Shown: piece by piece, positions 12,067-24,300 of the stretch
Numbering within the stretch: the stretch's first letter is position 1
Layout of the letters: each line of letters begins with the position of its first letter
Source: Octopus bimaculoides
Lineage: Eukaryota
DNA: 56,926 nt
Assembly: GCF_001194135.2 (NCBI RefSeq)
Contig: NC_068996.1
Coordinates: forward strand, 29,347,040 to 29,403,965
Direction of reading: 5' to 3'
Notes under the pieces: model-generated
The model's database searches: none
What the model was told of the DNA's origin: nothing
What the model saw: the letters and a program-made list of their open reading frames with translations, nothing else
Position numbers and translations under genes: made by a program

Positions 12067-12170
12067 CCCTGAAGATATTCTCACTTGTAGTAATTAACTA
12101 AATTGATTTAGTTAAATGAAATTAAATTTGGTTGATTTTATGCTACAAGTGAATTGAAACAATTGTAGGT
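12067..12170 (+). ncRNA. Hammerhead-like motif with long stem II, inside a probable PLE terminal repeat (~11900-12240)
   Basis: CC-CTGAAGA...TCACTTGTAG/CTACAAGTGA (10-bp stem)...GAA-ACAATTGT (palindrome)-A-GG; the stem II closing pair has decayed. Confidence 0.6.
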
Positions 12171-12323
12171 CTGATCTTTTATTAATCTTATCTCCATCTT
12201 CTCTCTTGGTTTTTATAATATTGATAAAATATATGTATGTGCCTATATTGTTAGGTATTCAACCAATCTAATCTTGGATAATATTAACCCTCCGAGGTTT
12301 ATATCCTCATCTGTACTTTGATA

Positions 12324-12339
<16 letters not shown>

Positions 12340-12354
<15 letters not shown>

Positions 12355-12556
12355 CTTTGTGTCTGTGTTTGTCCTCCCCCCCTCACCACTTGAAAACCAG
12401 TATTGAGGTGTTTATGTCCCTGTAACTTAGCAGTTCGGCAAAAGAGACCTATAGAATAAGTATTAGGCTTAAAAAGAACAAGTCCTGAGGTCAATTTCTT
12501 CAACTAAAACCCTTCAAGGTGGTGCTCCAGCATGGTAGACAAATGACTAAAACCAG
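12340..12556 (+). mobile_element. SINE family 1, 3' half
   Basis: tgtttatgtccctgtaacttagcagttcggcaaaagagacc...aaatgactaaaaccagtaaaaga. Confidence 0.75.
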
Positions 12557-12566
12557 TAAAAGAATA

Positions 12567-13935
12567 TCTCCTCAGGTAAATGGCCTTGCTTGATCTGTAG
12601 GAAAGGTGTAGGCAGAAATTCCATAAGATGTATCCAGTGCAAACTATGGACACATAAGAGGTGCAGCAATATTAGAGGGAGGTTAACTGGGAATTTAGGT
12701 TTTGTGTGTGGAAGGTGTACAAGTACAATAAACACTAAAAATGTATAGAAAATAGACTCCGTTAAATGCCATGGGGGTAAGCTAGAAGTAGTTGATAGCT
12801 TCCGTTTTGTAGTTAGTAGCAGAGGTGGATGTTCTGAAAGCATAGCTGCAAGGATAAGAATAGGCTGGGAAAAGTTCAGGGAACTCCTACCTCTGTGGCA
12901 ACAAAGGACCTCTCCCTCAGAGTAAAAGGCAGAATGTATGACGCCTGTGTGCAAACAGTTGTACAGCAGTGAATCATGGGCTGTAACCACCAAGGACATG
13001 TATAGCCTTGAAAGAAATGAAGCCAGTATGCTTCGCTGGATGTGCAATGTTAGTGTATATGTACAACAGAGTGTAAGTATCTTGAAAGAAAAGTTGGGCA
13101 TAAGAGGTCTCAGATGTGGTGTGCAAGAGAGACAACTGTGCTGGTATGGTCATGCGATGTGAATGGATGAAGACAGCTGTGTAAAGAAGTGCCGATCTCT
13201 AACTGTGGAGGGAACCTGTGGAAGAGGTAGACCCAGGAAGACATGGGACAAGGTGGTGAAGCATGATCTGTGAATGTTGGGCCTCACAGAGGCAATGACT
13301 TGTGACCAAGACCTTTGGCAATATGCTGTGCATAAGAAGACCCATTAAGCTAAGTGAAATCATAGTCGTGGCCAATGCCAGTGTCATGCAATTGGCACCT
13401 GTGCCGGTGGCACGTAAAAAGCATCTTTCGAGCATTGTGTGACACGGAGGCAATGTGACCGATGATGGTGGCACATAAAAAGCACCTGTTGAATGCTGGG
13501 CCCCACAGAAGCATCTGGCACCCATGCTGGTAGAACATAAAAAGCACCTGTCAAGCATTGGGCCTCACAGAGGCAATGTAACCAATGCTAGTGTCGCATA
13601 ACTGACACCTGTGACAGTGACACATAAAAAACACCTTTCAAACGTTGGTCTTCATTGAGGCAATGACAAATGACCAAGATCCTTGGCAATATGCCGTACA
13701 TGAGAAGCCAAGTAGTCACTGTGGATACCAGTGTCATGCAACTGGCACCCATGCTGGCGACAAGTAAAAGCACTCATTACACTCTCAGAGTGGATGGCGT
13801 TAGGAAGGGTATCCAGCCGCAGAAACCATGCCAAATCAGACTGGAGTCTGGTGCAGCTCCTCAGCTTATCAACCCTGGTCAAACCGTCCAACCCATCAAC
13901 CCCTGCCAGCATGGACAACAAACGTTAAAAGCGTT
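12567..13935 (+). mobile_element. RTE LINE (PHD-containing family), 5'-truncated
   Basis: SGKWPCLICRKGVGRNSIRCIQCKLWTHKRC...VVDSF, SESWAVT, RWMCNV, RGRPRKTW; repeated 3' UTR modules. Confidence 0.9.
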
Positions 13936-13940
13936 AAAAG

Positions 13941-13976
<36 letters not shown>

Positions 13977-13984
13977 GAGGGAGG

Positions 13985-14134
13985 GAGAGAGAGACAACAT
14001 ATCAAACTAGATTTTAGGTGAAAAAGAAAACGAAAAATGTTAATTTTAGTGAGTAAAGGGAAAGAATCTTACAGGGATAATAGTGTTAGTTAATTCCCTT
14101 GTGACAAAATTTATTCAATATATTTGCACTCACG

Positions 14135-14214
<80 letters not shown>

Positions 14215-14567
14215 NNNNNNNNNNNNNNNNNNNNNNNNNNNNNNNNNNNNNNNNNNNNNNNNNNNNNNNNNNNNNNNNNNNNNNNNNNNNNNNNNNNNNN
14301 NNNNNNNNNNNNNNNNNNNNNNNNNNNNNNNNNNNNNNNNNNNNNNNNNNNNNNNNNNNNNNNNNNNNNNNNNNNNNNNNNNNNNNNNNNNNNNNNNNNN
14401 NNNNNNNNNNNNNNNNNNNNNNNNNNNNNNNNNNNNNNNNNNNNNNNNNNNNNNNNNNNNNNNNNNNNNNNNNNNNNNNNNNNNNNNNNNNNNNNNNNNN
14501 NNNNNNNNNNNNNNNNNNNNNNNNNNNNNNNNGTGTATATGTATACAAGATCATACAAATAAGTTTT
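13985..14567 (+). repeat. Unclassified dispersed repeat, copy 1 (spans a gap)
   Basis: The left part matches 39240-39380, and 14533-14567 is identical to 39741-39775 (35 bp). Confidence 0.7.
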
Positions 14568-14782
14568 GTGTTATTCAGAAGTTCGTATTGCAACCGTGTT
14601 TCAAGTTCAGTCCCGCTGCGCGGTATGAGATAAATGCTTTCTGCTGTAGCTCCGTGCGGACCAATGACATGAAGGACTAAAGCGTGGTACGCGAGCCTCG
14701 TGCGGCTCGTTGTTAAGATATGTGGTCGTTGAAATTACTTTTTCCGTTTGTTTTTTTTTTTGTTTTGTTTTTTATCACAGCT

Positions 14783-14836
14783 AACGACGACGACGACGAC
14801 GATGATGACGATGATGATGATGATGATGATGATGAC

Positions 14837-14878
<42 letters not shown>

Positions 14879-14907
14879 TGAATGAATGAATGAATGAATG
14901 AATGAAT
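14783..14907. repeat. Compound microsatellite (GAC)n(GAT)n(GAAT)n
   Basis: Read directly from the sequence. Confidence 0.95.
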
Positions 14908-15989
14908 TGATAACAGCTTTTCTTACTTTTATGGGAATGGAGACCATCATTCCTCAACTATTTCAAATAAACACAAATATAAAATTGAAATGTTTTTAAT
15001 TTCCGCCCATTTTTGTACTCTAAGTACATATTATTTTTGTACTCTAAGTACATGTTATTTGCATGTGGATTTTTTTTTTCTGTTCTTTTTTTGTCTTTGC
15101 TGCTGTTTTTTAAATTGAAACATTTTATTACGTATATAACATGTATGTACATTTCAACAAAGAAAAGAAGCCAGAAAAAAAATATCAATGCAGCACCAAG
15201 TGCTTCAATTGGTCACACAGCACAAGATTCAATGGAACCTACTGAAGCAAGCCAGCATGCTTGAGGCCTTACCACAAGCAATGGTGAGCCTAAGGCATTG
15301 GAGAAGCCAACAATATCAAAAACTTCAGTTAGTGGCCCAGTACCATCAAACATGTCAAACGCCACAGGTTGGAAGTGACAATTCCCTGCCAGGTCCCAGT
15401 ACTTCAGGGTTTTGTTCCATTCGGCTATGGAAGCAGTGACCCTGCCATTTCCTGCAGCATTCAGAATGTGGGAGAGAGCAAAAGTGTTGCAGACTGTGGT
15501 ATCCCAGATGAGGACCCTACCTCTTACCCAAGGACAGAGGGTAAGACCATCTTGTCTCTTCCCACCAATTCTGGATAATCCCACCAGCTCCAGAAGTGAG
15601 GGGATATTAATTCGTGTCAGGGTTCACTTAATGATTAAGTTTAGCTCAGTGTGGTGAGCAAAACAATCAGCATTTAGGTGGCAAGATAGACCATGAAGAC
15701 TTGTGGAATCAAGGGGTCTACCACAGTAACATTTCAGTCTCCTACAGTCGTCAACTCCTACTCTGAGTGCAATGGAGATCTCTTTTAAAACAAGCTACGG
15801 TATGTTACACATACTTGAAGGTGACAACATATAGGAAAATACATTTGATGTCTCTTCCTTTTTTTATCTTTCACTATTTGTCACACTTTTCTTTTCACAA
15901 TGGCCACTGTCACATTTCTCTTTTCACAATAGCCATTGTCACATTATCTGCTAACAATAATATTGGTCTCAAATTTTGGCATAAGGCCA

Positions 15990-17305
15990 GCAAATTCAAT
16001 TACTTCAACTCAATTCAATAATTTATATTATCTTACTTCCTGAAGGAGTCTCTGACCTAGTAATTTATTAAAAAGAATGTAGGTGATGTTGTTACTGACT
16101 TAGATCCATATTACAGAAAACCTCAACTACAGAGAGACATATCCCTTAGACCAGGGCTGATATTACAAGCAAAATGCAAAATGATTTTTTAAATTCCCTT
16201 GCATTCATTTGAGTGATTCACAAATCAACTGACATACAAGAGAACCCATAGCAGGCAGTATTTATTCATTGTTTCTTCTGAAATAATTGTGAAAGAAAAG
16301 ATGTTGGATTTGGTGGAATTGGTGTCTTGCTGAATAAACTTGTACATATTGCAACAGATGAAGCAATTGCAATGGTGATGAAAAATGCAAGATTAATTGA
16401 ATTTATGAAAAGTGATCCCAGCTTTTCAGAGCTTCGCTTCATTTGTTGTATGATTCATTGTGAATACTTGGTAGCCAGATATTTCAAGTATGAAGATATT
16501 TTGAATTCTGTCCTCGATTTGTGAATTTCATATGCTTAAATGAGAAGACCCTCTAACACTTCAGATATTTCAATGGAAAACTGAAACTTGAAGATAATCT
16601 CAATAATGTATTTTTCTCTTGCATTATGAGATGGCTAACAATCAGCAATGTCTTGAGTAGATTTGTGGATCTGTTGGAGCCTATTATTACTTTCCTTAAA
16701 GAAAAGATCCTAAATTCAAATAGAAAATAATGAATGTGAGATCTAATGTTCTTTACAGGTGTAATGAATCATCTACAAACTCTTAAATTGGCACTCCAGG
16801 GGAAGGATAACTATTTCTAATCTTACTCAGATAGTTTTCAACTGTTAGAGTAAAATTAAGCTGAGACATACTGTCAAGATATTTCAATCACTTTCCCAAT
16901 TTCAGAAGGAGAGTAAATACTTCCTAGTTTTGATAAATTGGAGAAAATAAAGCCCTGCTTCATCTTTCTTGTTCCAATTCTCAAATGTCTAAATGCAGAG
17001 TATGCTGTGGAAATGGAACTAAAGTTGATCCATATATCTCAGTTTTCAAATTAGTTCTGCAAATAAGGTCTAAATCTAAAAATAAAATATCCTGAAGAAA
17101 ACTTGTGTAGGGCTCATCTCAATTTTCAGCACAACATACTGCTGTGAATTAGTACTCTGCAATGGAGTATGTGAAATTGAAGCATCATGCAAACTTTACA
17201 AGCCATCACCTGATGGAGCTAATTCATACAACACTGACAACATATCATCCAGAGTTTCAATGACTTACAGCCAAGATGGAAACCCACAAGATTTCTACTA
17301 GCAAT
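15990..17305 (+). pseudogene. hAT (Buster/Charlie/SPIN-like) transposase remnant
   Basis: STDIQ, ATDEAIAMV, CMIHCE, MRWL, LALQGK, FSTTYCCE...TTYHPEF, all hAT catalytic and dimerisation motifs; many stops and frameshifts. Confidence 0.85.
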
Positions 17306-17691
17306 AAATAGCAGCTTTAATAGCCTGATATATGTTGCACTGTCTATTTGTCATAAAAAATATTATGATAAGTTGGTTTTTTACATATCTTCCTCCATGT
17401 TTTGACCAGATATTTACTAAGATACATAAACATTAAGTCAGGTCAGGAGTGGGGACAAGCGATGTAGCAGTGTGCAATTGCATTCACTATTTGTTGGTAT
17501 ATTCCTGGGTCCTCCCAGACAACCAGAATCCCAGTCAGTCCCCATTTCTTCAAGATACCTCCTCGTCTACTGTGACCATGTGGCATGTGATTGACCAACA
17601 CAAGCTGTTGATCCAATTGGCTCCTCAGTGAAGAGAACACAGTAAGCATGGTCTAACTTAGAAAATAGCAAACCAGAAAAACTCTCTGCAC

Positions 17692-17917
17692 CAACTGACA
17701 TACAAGACAACCCATAGCAGGCAGTACAATTGTTTCAATTCACTTTAACGGTACACTCGGTTGATTTTATGCTACAAGTGAATTGAAACAGTTGTAGGTC
17801 TGGTCTTAAAGTTGCTGTGCTTGAGAAGACCCATTAAGCGAAGTGAAATCACAGTCGTGGCCAATGCCAGTGTCATGCAATTGGCACTTGTGCCAGTGGC
17901 ATGTAAAAAGCACCTTT
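17692..17917 (+). other. Mosaic of short segments matching upstream loci, including a 21-bp hairpin
   Basis: Segments match 16226-16260, the reverse complement of 12148-12168, 11988-12003, 12130-12178 and 13325-13430. Confidence 0.75.
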
Positions 17918-18029
17918 TGAACCCACTCTCTACAAATACATATTTTCTCCTATTCTTCTCCATCAATGCCTTTCCTACACAACCACTTACCTTACCTACC
18001 TATACAATGCCTAACTATTTATCTAGCTA

Positions 18030-18290
18030 TGAGATGCTTGAATGGAGGCGTGTTGATGTATGTGCATTCAAGAATTAAGGTGGAGAGGAGCTACAACCAG
18101 GTTCTTCAAAGGCCAGACACATAGGTTTAAAATTTTCTGGGAAGGTAACAACAATGGGGTAGGTGGTGTGGTCATACTACTTGCAGAGAAATAAGTGGAT
18201 AAGGTCATGGAAGTAGTCATATTGTGCAAGAGAGCACTTAAACTCAGGCTGGTTCTGCAGAATAGTATAAGGGACCAGCTATCTGAATCA
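18030..18290 (+). mobile_element. RTE apurinic-like endonuclease fragment
   Basis: EMLEWRRVDVCA..ELRWRG...FWEGNNNGVGGVVILLAEK. Confidence 0.75.
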
Positions 18291-18374
18291 ACAATAGCTT
18301 AGTATTGGGTCATCCCATAGATAATGTGGTTTTTTTTATACTTCTTTTATTTTTCAAAATTTAGATAAATTTCC

Positions 18375-18680
18375 TTTTTAATCTAAAATATACTCTCCTT
18401 CATTTTCTACAATGCTCTTCCATCTATCTGGTAGACTTGCAAGGCTCCTCTTCCAAAATTCACTTGTCTGTGACGAAAAATATTCCTCTAGTACTGTTCT
18501 GACCTCGTCTATAGAATTCATATTCCATCCTAACGAAGACAATGGAATAAACGATAATCAAATGGAGCAATGTCCAGTGAATATGGTGGGTGGGGTACCA
18601 TTTCCCTTTCAAACTGTTCCAGCTTTTCTAATGTCATCCTCACTGTACGTAGGTACTGCTATAACCTACTGAATTTTTGT
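18375..18680 (-). pseudogene. mariner transposase C-terminal remnant
   Basis: VPHPPYSLDIAPFDYRLF and FWKRSLASLPDRWKSIVENEGEYI. Confidence 0.8.
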
Positions 18681-18904
18681 TGCTTATTTTCAAATTTTAT
18701 TCACCAAATCTCTTGATTTTGTTTTTGGTTTTTATCCTACCAAATTCTGGTGCCTCAAACATTTTAAATACCACATTTAATCTTTTGATTAAACCTATAT
18801 TATTATTATATATACATAATATATATAATATAGATATATACTCTTTTGTTTCAGTCCTTTGACTGCGGCCATGCTGGAGCACCGTATATAATATATATTA
18901 TATA

Positions 18905-19227
18905 TAATATTATATTTTTCGAGTGAGATTGTTGCCAGTGCCACTGGACTGGCTCTTGTGCGGGTGGCACATAAAATACACCATCTTGAGCGTGGCCGTT
19001 GCCAGTACCGCTTGACTGGCCTTCGTGCGGGTGACACGTAAAAGCATCCACTACACTTTCTGAGTGGTTGGTGTTAGGAAGGGCATCCAGCTGTAGAAAC
19101 TCTGCCAAATCAGATTGGAGCCTAGTGTAGCCATCTGGTTTCACCAGTCCTCAGTCAAATCGTCCAACCCATGCTAGCATGGAAAGCGGACGTTAAACGA
19201 CGATGATGATGATGATGATGATGATGA

Positions 19228-19230
<3 letters not shown>
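18905..19230 (+). mobile_element. RTE 3' UTR with (GAT)n tail
   Basis: Near-identical to 49710-50003 and 38090-38392. Confidence 0.85.
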
Positions 19231-19266
<36 letters not shown>

Positions 19267-19284
19267 TAGCATATATATATCCTT

Positions 19285-20242
19285 TCATCATCATCATCGT
19301 TCAACATCTACTTTTCATGCTATCATGGGTTGGACTCTGGTAAGCCAGATGGCTGCACCAGGCTTCAATCTGATTAGGCAGAGTTTCTACAGCTGGATGC
19401 CCTTCCTAACGCCAACCACTCCAAGAGTGTAGTGGGAGCTTTTACGTGCCACCAGCACAAGAGCCAGTCATACGGTACTGGCAACGGCTACGCTCAAAAA
19501 GGTGTTTTTTATGTGCCACCTGCATGGCAGCCAGTCCAGCAGCACTGGCAATGACCTCGCTGGAATGATTTTCTAAGGTGCCACCAGCACAAGTGCTAGA
19601 AAGCGATGCTGGTAACAATTACGCTCAAATGGGGTTATTTACAGGCCACTAGCACGGAAGCCAGACAGCTGCTCTGGCAATGAACACGCTTGGACAGTCC
19701 TGTTAGTGCTCCACTGGCGCAGGTACCAGTCATTGAGTATGGTTCAATTACGATTTCGATTCTGATTTCACTTGCCCCAACAGGTCTTTGCAAGCAGAGT
19801 TTAGTGTCCAATGAAGAAGAGGTTGGCATGGGTGCCAGTCGTCGGATTCGGTTCAATTTCGATTTCAGATTTCAAATTCCAAATTCACTTGCCTCAACAG
19901 GTCTTCGCAAGCAGAGTTTTTAGTGTCCAATGAAGTAAAGATACGAATAAATGAGCTGGCTACACTTCTGGCAGTGGCCACAGATTATGCTCTCACTTGC
20001 CTTGCCGGGTCTTCTCACGTACTGCATATTTCCAAAGGTCCCGGTCACTGGTCATTGCCTCAGTGAGGCCTAATGTTCGAAAGTCGTACTTCACCACCTC
20101 ATCCCAGATCTTCCTGGGTCTACCTCTTCTACAGGTTCCCTCAACTGCTAGGGTGTGGCACTTTTTCACACAGCTATCCTCATCCATTCTTGCCACATGT
20201 CCATACCAGCGCAATCGTCTCTCTTGTGGTGTGCAAGAGAGA
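19285..20242 (-). mobile_element. RTE LINE, 5'-truncated (C-terminus plus long 3' UTR)
   Basis: ERRLRWYGHVARMDEDSCVKKC...RGRPRKIWDEVVKYD; (GAT)n tail at 19285. Confidence 0.9.
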
Positions 20243-20385
20243 TATCCTTTAGATATATATATATATACATAATATATATATATGTATATATATATAAATG
20301 TGTGTGTGTGTGCATGCATATATGTGAGATATTTTCAGTATTAATAGTGAAAGTATTATCTTACATTACAATAGAGATGTTATTG

Positions 20386-20953
20386 GGATCTATTTTAAAA
20401 CGGGGGCCACAGTATTTTCTTAACAAAACACTTTGAAACTTGGAACACTGGTAGAAAGTGTCATATAAAACATCTTTTTCTCTTAGTCTTCTTAAAAAAA
20501 AAAGAAATCCCTAAGTTATTCCATGTTAAAGTTGTCGTATTTCTGTAATTTCAACCAATCACTGACGTCCATTCAGCCGATCTACATTAAGTGTCGACTA
20601 CATAAACAAACGATTCTGAAACAATTAACCCTAACCCTAACCCTAGGGTTAGGGTTAGGGTTAAAGCAAATTTAAAATGAAAAAAGCAAATAAAACGAAG
20701 GTATGGAGATTAAATACGCTTTACATCGCTTAATCAGCCAAAGGAGTAAATATAAACAACTGAATACTTGTCAGTGATTGGTTGAAATTATTGAAATAAG
20801 ACAATTTTTTACATGAAATAAATTCGAATACAAAAATATTTTTCTGTTCTATAACACAAAATAGATAAGTATACGAAGTTTGAAAGTCCTTCCGTACCAA
20901 AAACACTACGTAAAACATTAATGAAAAATGTGACCCCGTTTTAAAATAGATCC
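20386..20953. mobile_element. MITE with GG termini and 8-bp TSD (Merlin-like by termini), internal telomeric palindrome
   Basis: TIR ggatctattttaaaacgggg / ccccgttttaaaatagatcc; TSD TGTTATTG at 20378-20385 and 20954-20961. Confidence 0.9.
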
Positions 20954-21149
20954 TGTTATTGTTTCCCTTTTGACACGTAATACTGAAATAGTGTAAGAGA
21001 TAAGAGATTTTTTTTTTTTGCCCATGACACTGCATGGACCCTAAGTAAAGCAAAAGTAAAATTTGAATGAAATCGGTTAGGAAATTCTCGGATGCAAACG
21101 TACAGACACAAATTCTTCGTTTTATATATATATATATATATAAATATAT

Positions 21150-21345
21150 CATTATTAATTTGTCCCCGCACCATCGCTTGACAACCAATGTTGGTGTTTA
21201 CGTCCTCGTAACTTAGTGATTCGGCAAAAAGACTCTGTTAGAATAAGTACTAGGCTTATAAAGAATAAGTCCTGTGGTCGATTTGTTCAACAGAAAAGCG
21301 GTACTCTATCATGGCCGCAGTCAAATGACTGAAACAAATAAGAAA
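21150..21345 (+). mobile_element. SINE family 1, 3' half
   Basis: tttgtccccgcaccatcgcttgacaacc...catggccgcagtcaaatgactgaaacaa. Confidence 0.75.
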
Positions 21346-24300
21346 ATATAAAGAATATTATAAATTTATTAACATTATAACATAATTATACTATAAAAAG
21401 ATATAATATAACATAACAAATAATTAAAACAAATATATATCCTACAATTTGTTTCGATTCATATCCACTAGTGAATTCATAAAAAGTTCACATTTATATA
21501 TATGAATCTCGTCAGGCTAACATTGGTCTAAAAACTGATCAAAAATTTCATGCAAGGACTGTTAAATCATAAGACTGATTTAAAATATACCTATGTTTAC
21601 AAGCGTGAGTGTTAATAATTTTAAAATATAATAAATATAACGAAAACAAAACCAAAATTCAAATAGAAAAACTAAATTAAATAAACAAAACAATTATAAT
21701 TGTCATAAAATGTTCTTATGCATCTTTAATGTTAATCTAAAGATATTTTAATCTAAAATAATCACTGCCCATTTTTATGATATAAAATCTATATAACATG
21801 TTAAGAATTTATAGAGTAGGAATTTTTTTTTTTAATTTTTGTATACTATTATAAACAAAATAAGTATATTCTTATTCACAAACGAAATTCATTAAAAAAA
21901 TCTTTTAATCAACGATTAATTCAAAAGTTTCTTCTAAATATGTCGATGTTAAACAAATGTATAAAGTTACGATGATTATAAACTATATCTTACATAAAAA
22001 TAATAATATATAAATAAATAATCAGAATTTACAAAGTTTTTACAGAAAATAAATTTGAGTATGCCAATAGTTTTATATTTCTATAATTTTTATTATAGAA
22101 CATAATATAGAACATATGAAAGAACATATGATGATATATATTAAATATTATGGGGTCGACAAGAAATATGCAATATACAATATGCAATATACAATAATTA
22201 TTCAAAAAGATATATATTAATTATATTAAGAATTATTCTAATCTATTTATGTGAACTAATATAAACATTATTCTACGTAATTAACAAGTGAAACACATAA
22301 ATTTACTTAGTTCATCAGAGGAAAATAACCACTGAAAATCAATGTTTAAAATTATACATTCGTTGCTTACGGAAAAAATAACCAGAAATACGTACTTACA
22401 ATAGAAATGCTTTTAATCACGATAGGGCCTTTTACAGAATTATTTATATACTATTATTATTAAATTAAATTTATATACTTATAATCATTTTATATAAAGT
22501 AATAGCATAATTAATATGTGTATCTTAAATTTAACTACGAATATAGTTATTGTTTGCACTTAATAAAAATATATTAAGGTGCTTAATGAAAAATTATTTA
22601 TTAATCCACTGAAATATTATGAATATCCTCATTAATATACTAATTTAATGCTACAAACCATTCAGTTTAAATAAAAGGTTACAAATCGTTCAGTATTAAT
22701 AACAAAATTCGCCCTTACTTTAAAGAATATTGTCATATAAAGTTTGGGTAAATATCACAAAGAAAAATAAATTTTCTTCACGTCACCGTCTATCACTTTA
22801 AAATTTTACCACAACCTTATGCACCTATTAATTTTCTAATTTAAAAAAAATTATTATCGCTTTATTTATTCATCCATTTATTTATTTAACATGTATACAA
22901 ATTAAAATATATATATATATACATATAAATATATACATACATACATTTATTTATATATATATATAATATATATATAAACATACATTATAAGACTTCAGAA
23001 TGATGGGAGGCATCTTTTCACGGAAAAAAGAAAGACATTTTGAAAATTTTTTCACTCCCGCCACCCCCTCATCACCCCAGTCCGAAACGATTTTGGACTC
23101 CCCCCTCCCCCAGGCACTTAAAACCCGCGAGAAAAACATTTTTGGTTTTTAAAAAAACTGTTAATAATTTCAGAGGAAAATGAGTGATTCAAGGGAGATC
23201 TGGCTATTGTCTCTAGCACATCCCAAAACCCCCCTCTTCGTTTCTTTCTCACTCACACATCTATTGATATTTTTCAATATTTTTCTCCCCATAAACAAAT
23301 TTTATAGAATGATAATGTCAATGTAACACGTGTAGTCCCAATCAAGCGAGGCCGTGTTGTGTGTGTGTGTGTGTGTGTGAGTGTGCGTGCGTGTGTGCGC
23401 GTGTGTGTGTAAGAAAAAACACCTAAAAACATCTTTAGTGGTCAAATGTAATGCTTATTTGTTCACGTTATTTTAAGTTATTCAGGTTCAAGAGGGGTGT
23501 CCACAATATTTGCTTGTAACTTTGTAAATATTTTACATACAGATTTGAAATTTTCTCAGTGGATGCTTATATACCACTGGTTTATAGTTATGTAATTTTA
23601 GCTGATCTTTCTAAGTTAATTAACAGGTGTAAAAGCAGTAACATTATGGATAAACACTAAAATTGAAATTCTTAATGCATCCTACCTGTTTGATTTGTTA
23701 CTAAAATTATCCCAAATGGCAACCAACAAAACATTTGCCACTTTTCACAATAAGGTACATTAATTTGAACTAATTAAAATACAGGTATAATCGGTACAAG
23801 ATTTTATTCTTTTGGTAAATAATACCTTGGTATGGAATAATTTTTTCCACAGTTTTTTTCAGGTACATTCAATGTATCTGCCCTCCAAACCCACCGCAAG
23901 CCATTTTTTTCTGGAAAAGAAAGGTGAAAGGGGTGGTGGGGACCTTGAAGTTTCCCACTAAGGGAGTTTTGTTTCATGGGTCTTTTTCTTTTCCAGGTTA
24001 TTTTGCATGCTTTTAACGAATGTGATATTGAAATCACACATAAACAGATCCCTTTTCCAGAAAAGGAAAGATGTAGCTGCTACAACATAACAACTATTTA
24101 CATTCACACCGAAATATTTACCAACTTTTTCCCTTCCATTTATATTTTCCACTTTATGGAAGTCAATATTTTCTCTGTTGACATCCACCTCACTGAGGTC
24201 ACAGATCAAGTGAAAATACATCAATCACTGTTCCCTCTTGACAGGACAAAGAAATTTCCCAGTCTTTGCAAGCAACAAGTGAGTGGATTTGGTTTCAAAT

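Noticed and set aside
20625-20664. Ancestral chromosome end-to-end fusion site
   Set aside because: The repeat orientation is opposite to a fusion, the tract is tiny, and it sits inside a TSD-flanked transposon.
21350-22950. Very AT-rich stretch with faint RT- or polymerase-like words (YVDVKQMY, IMGS)
   Set aside because: There is no continuous frame or ordered motif set. It may be an ancient PLE, but I cannot support a call.
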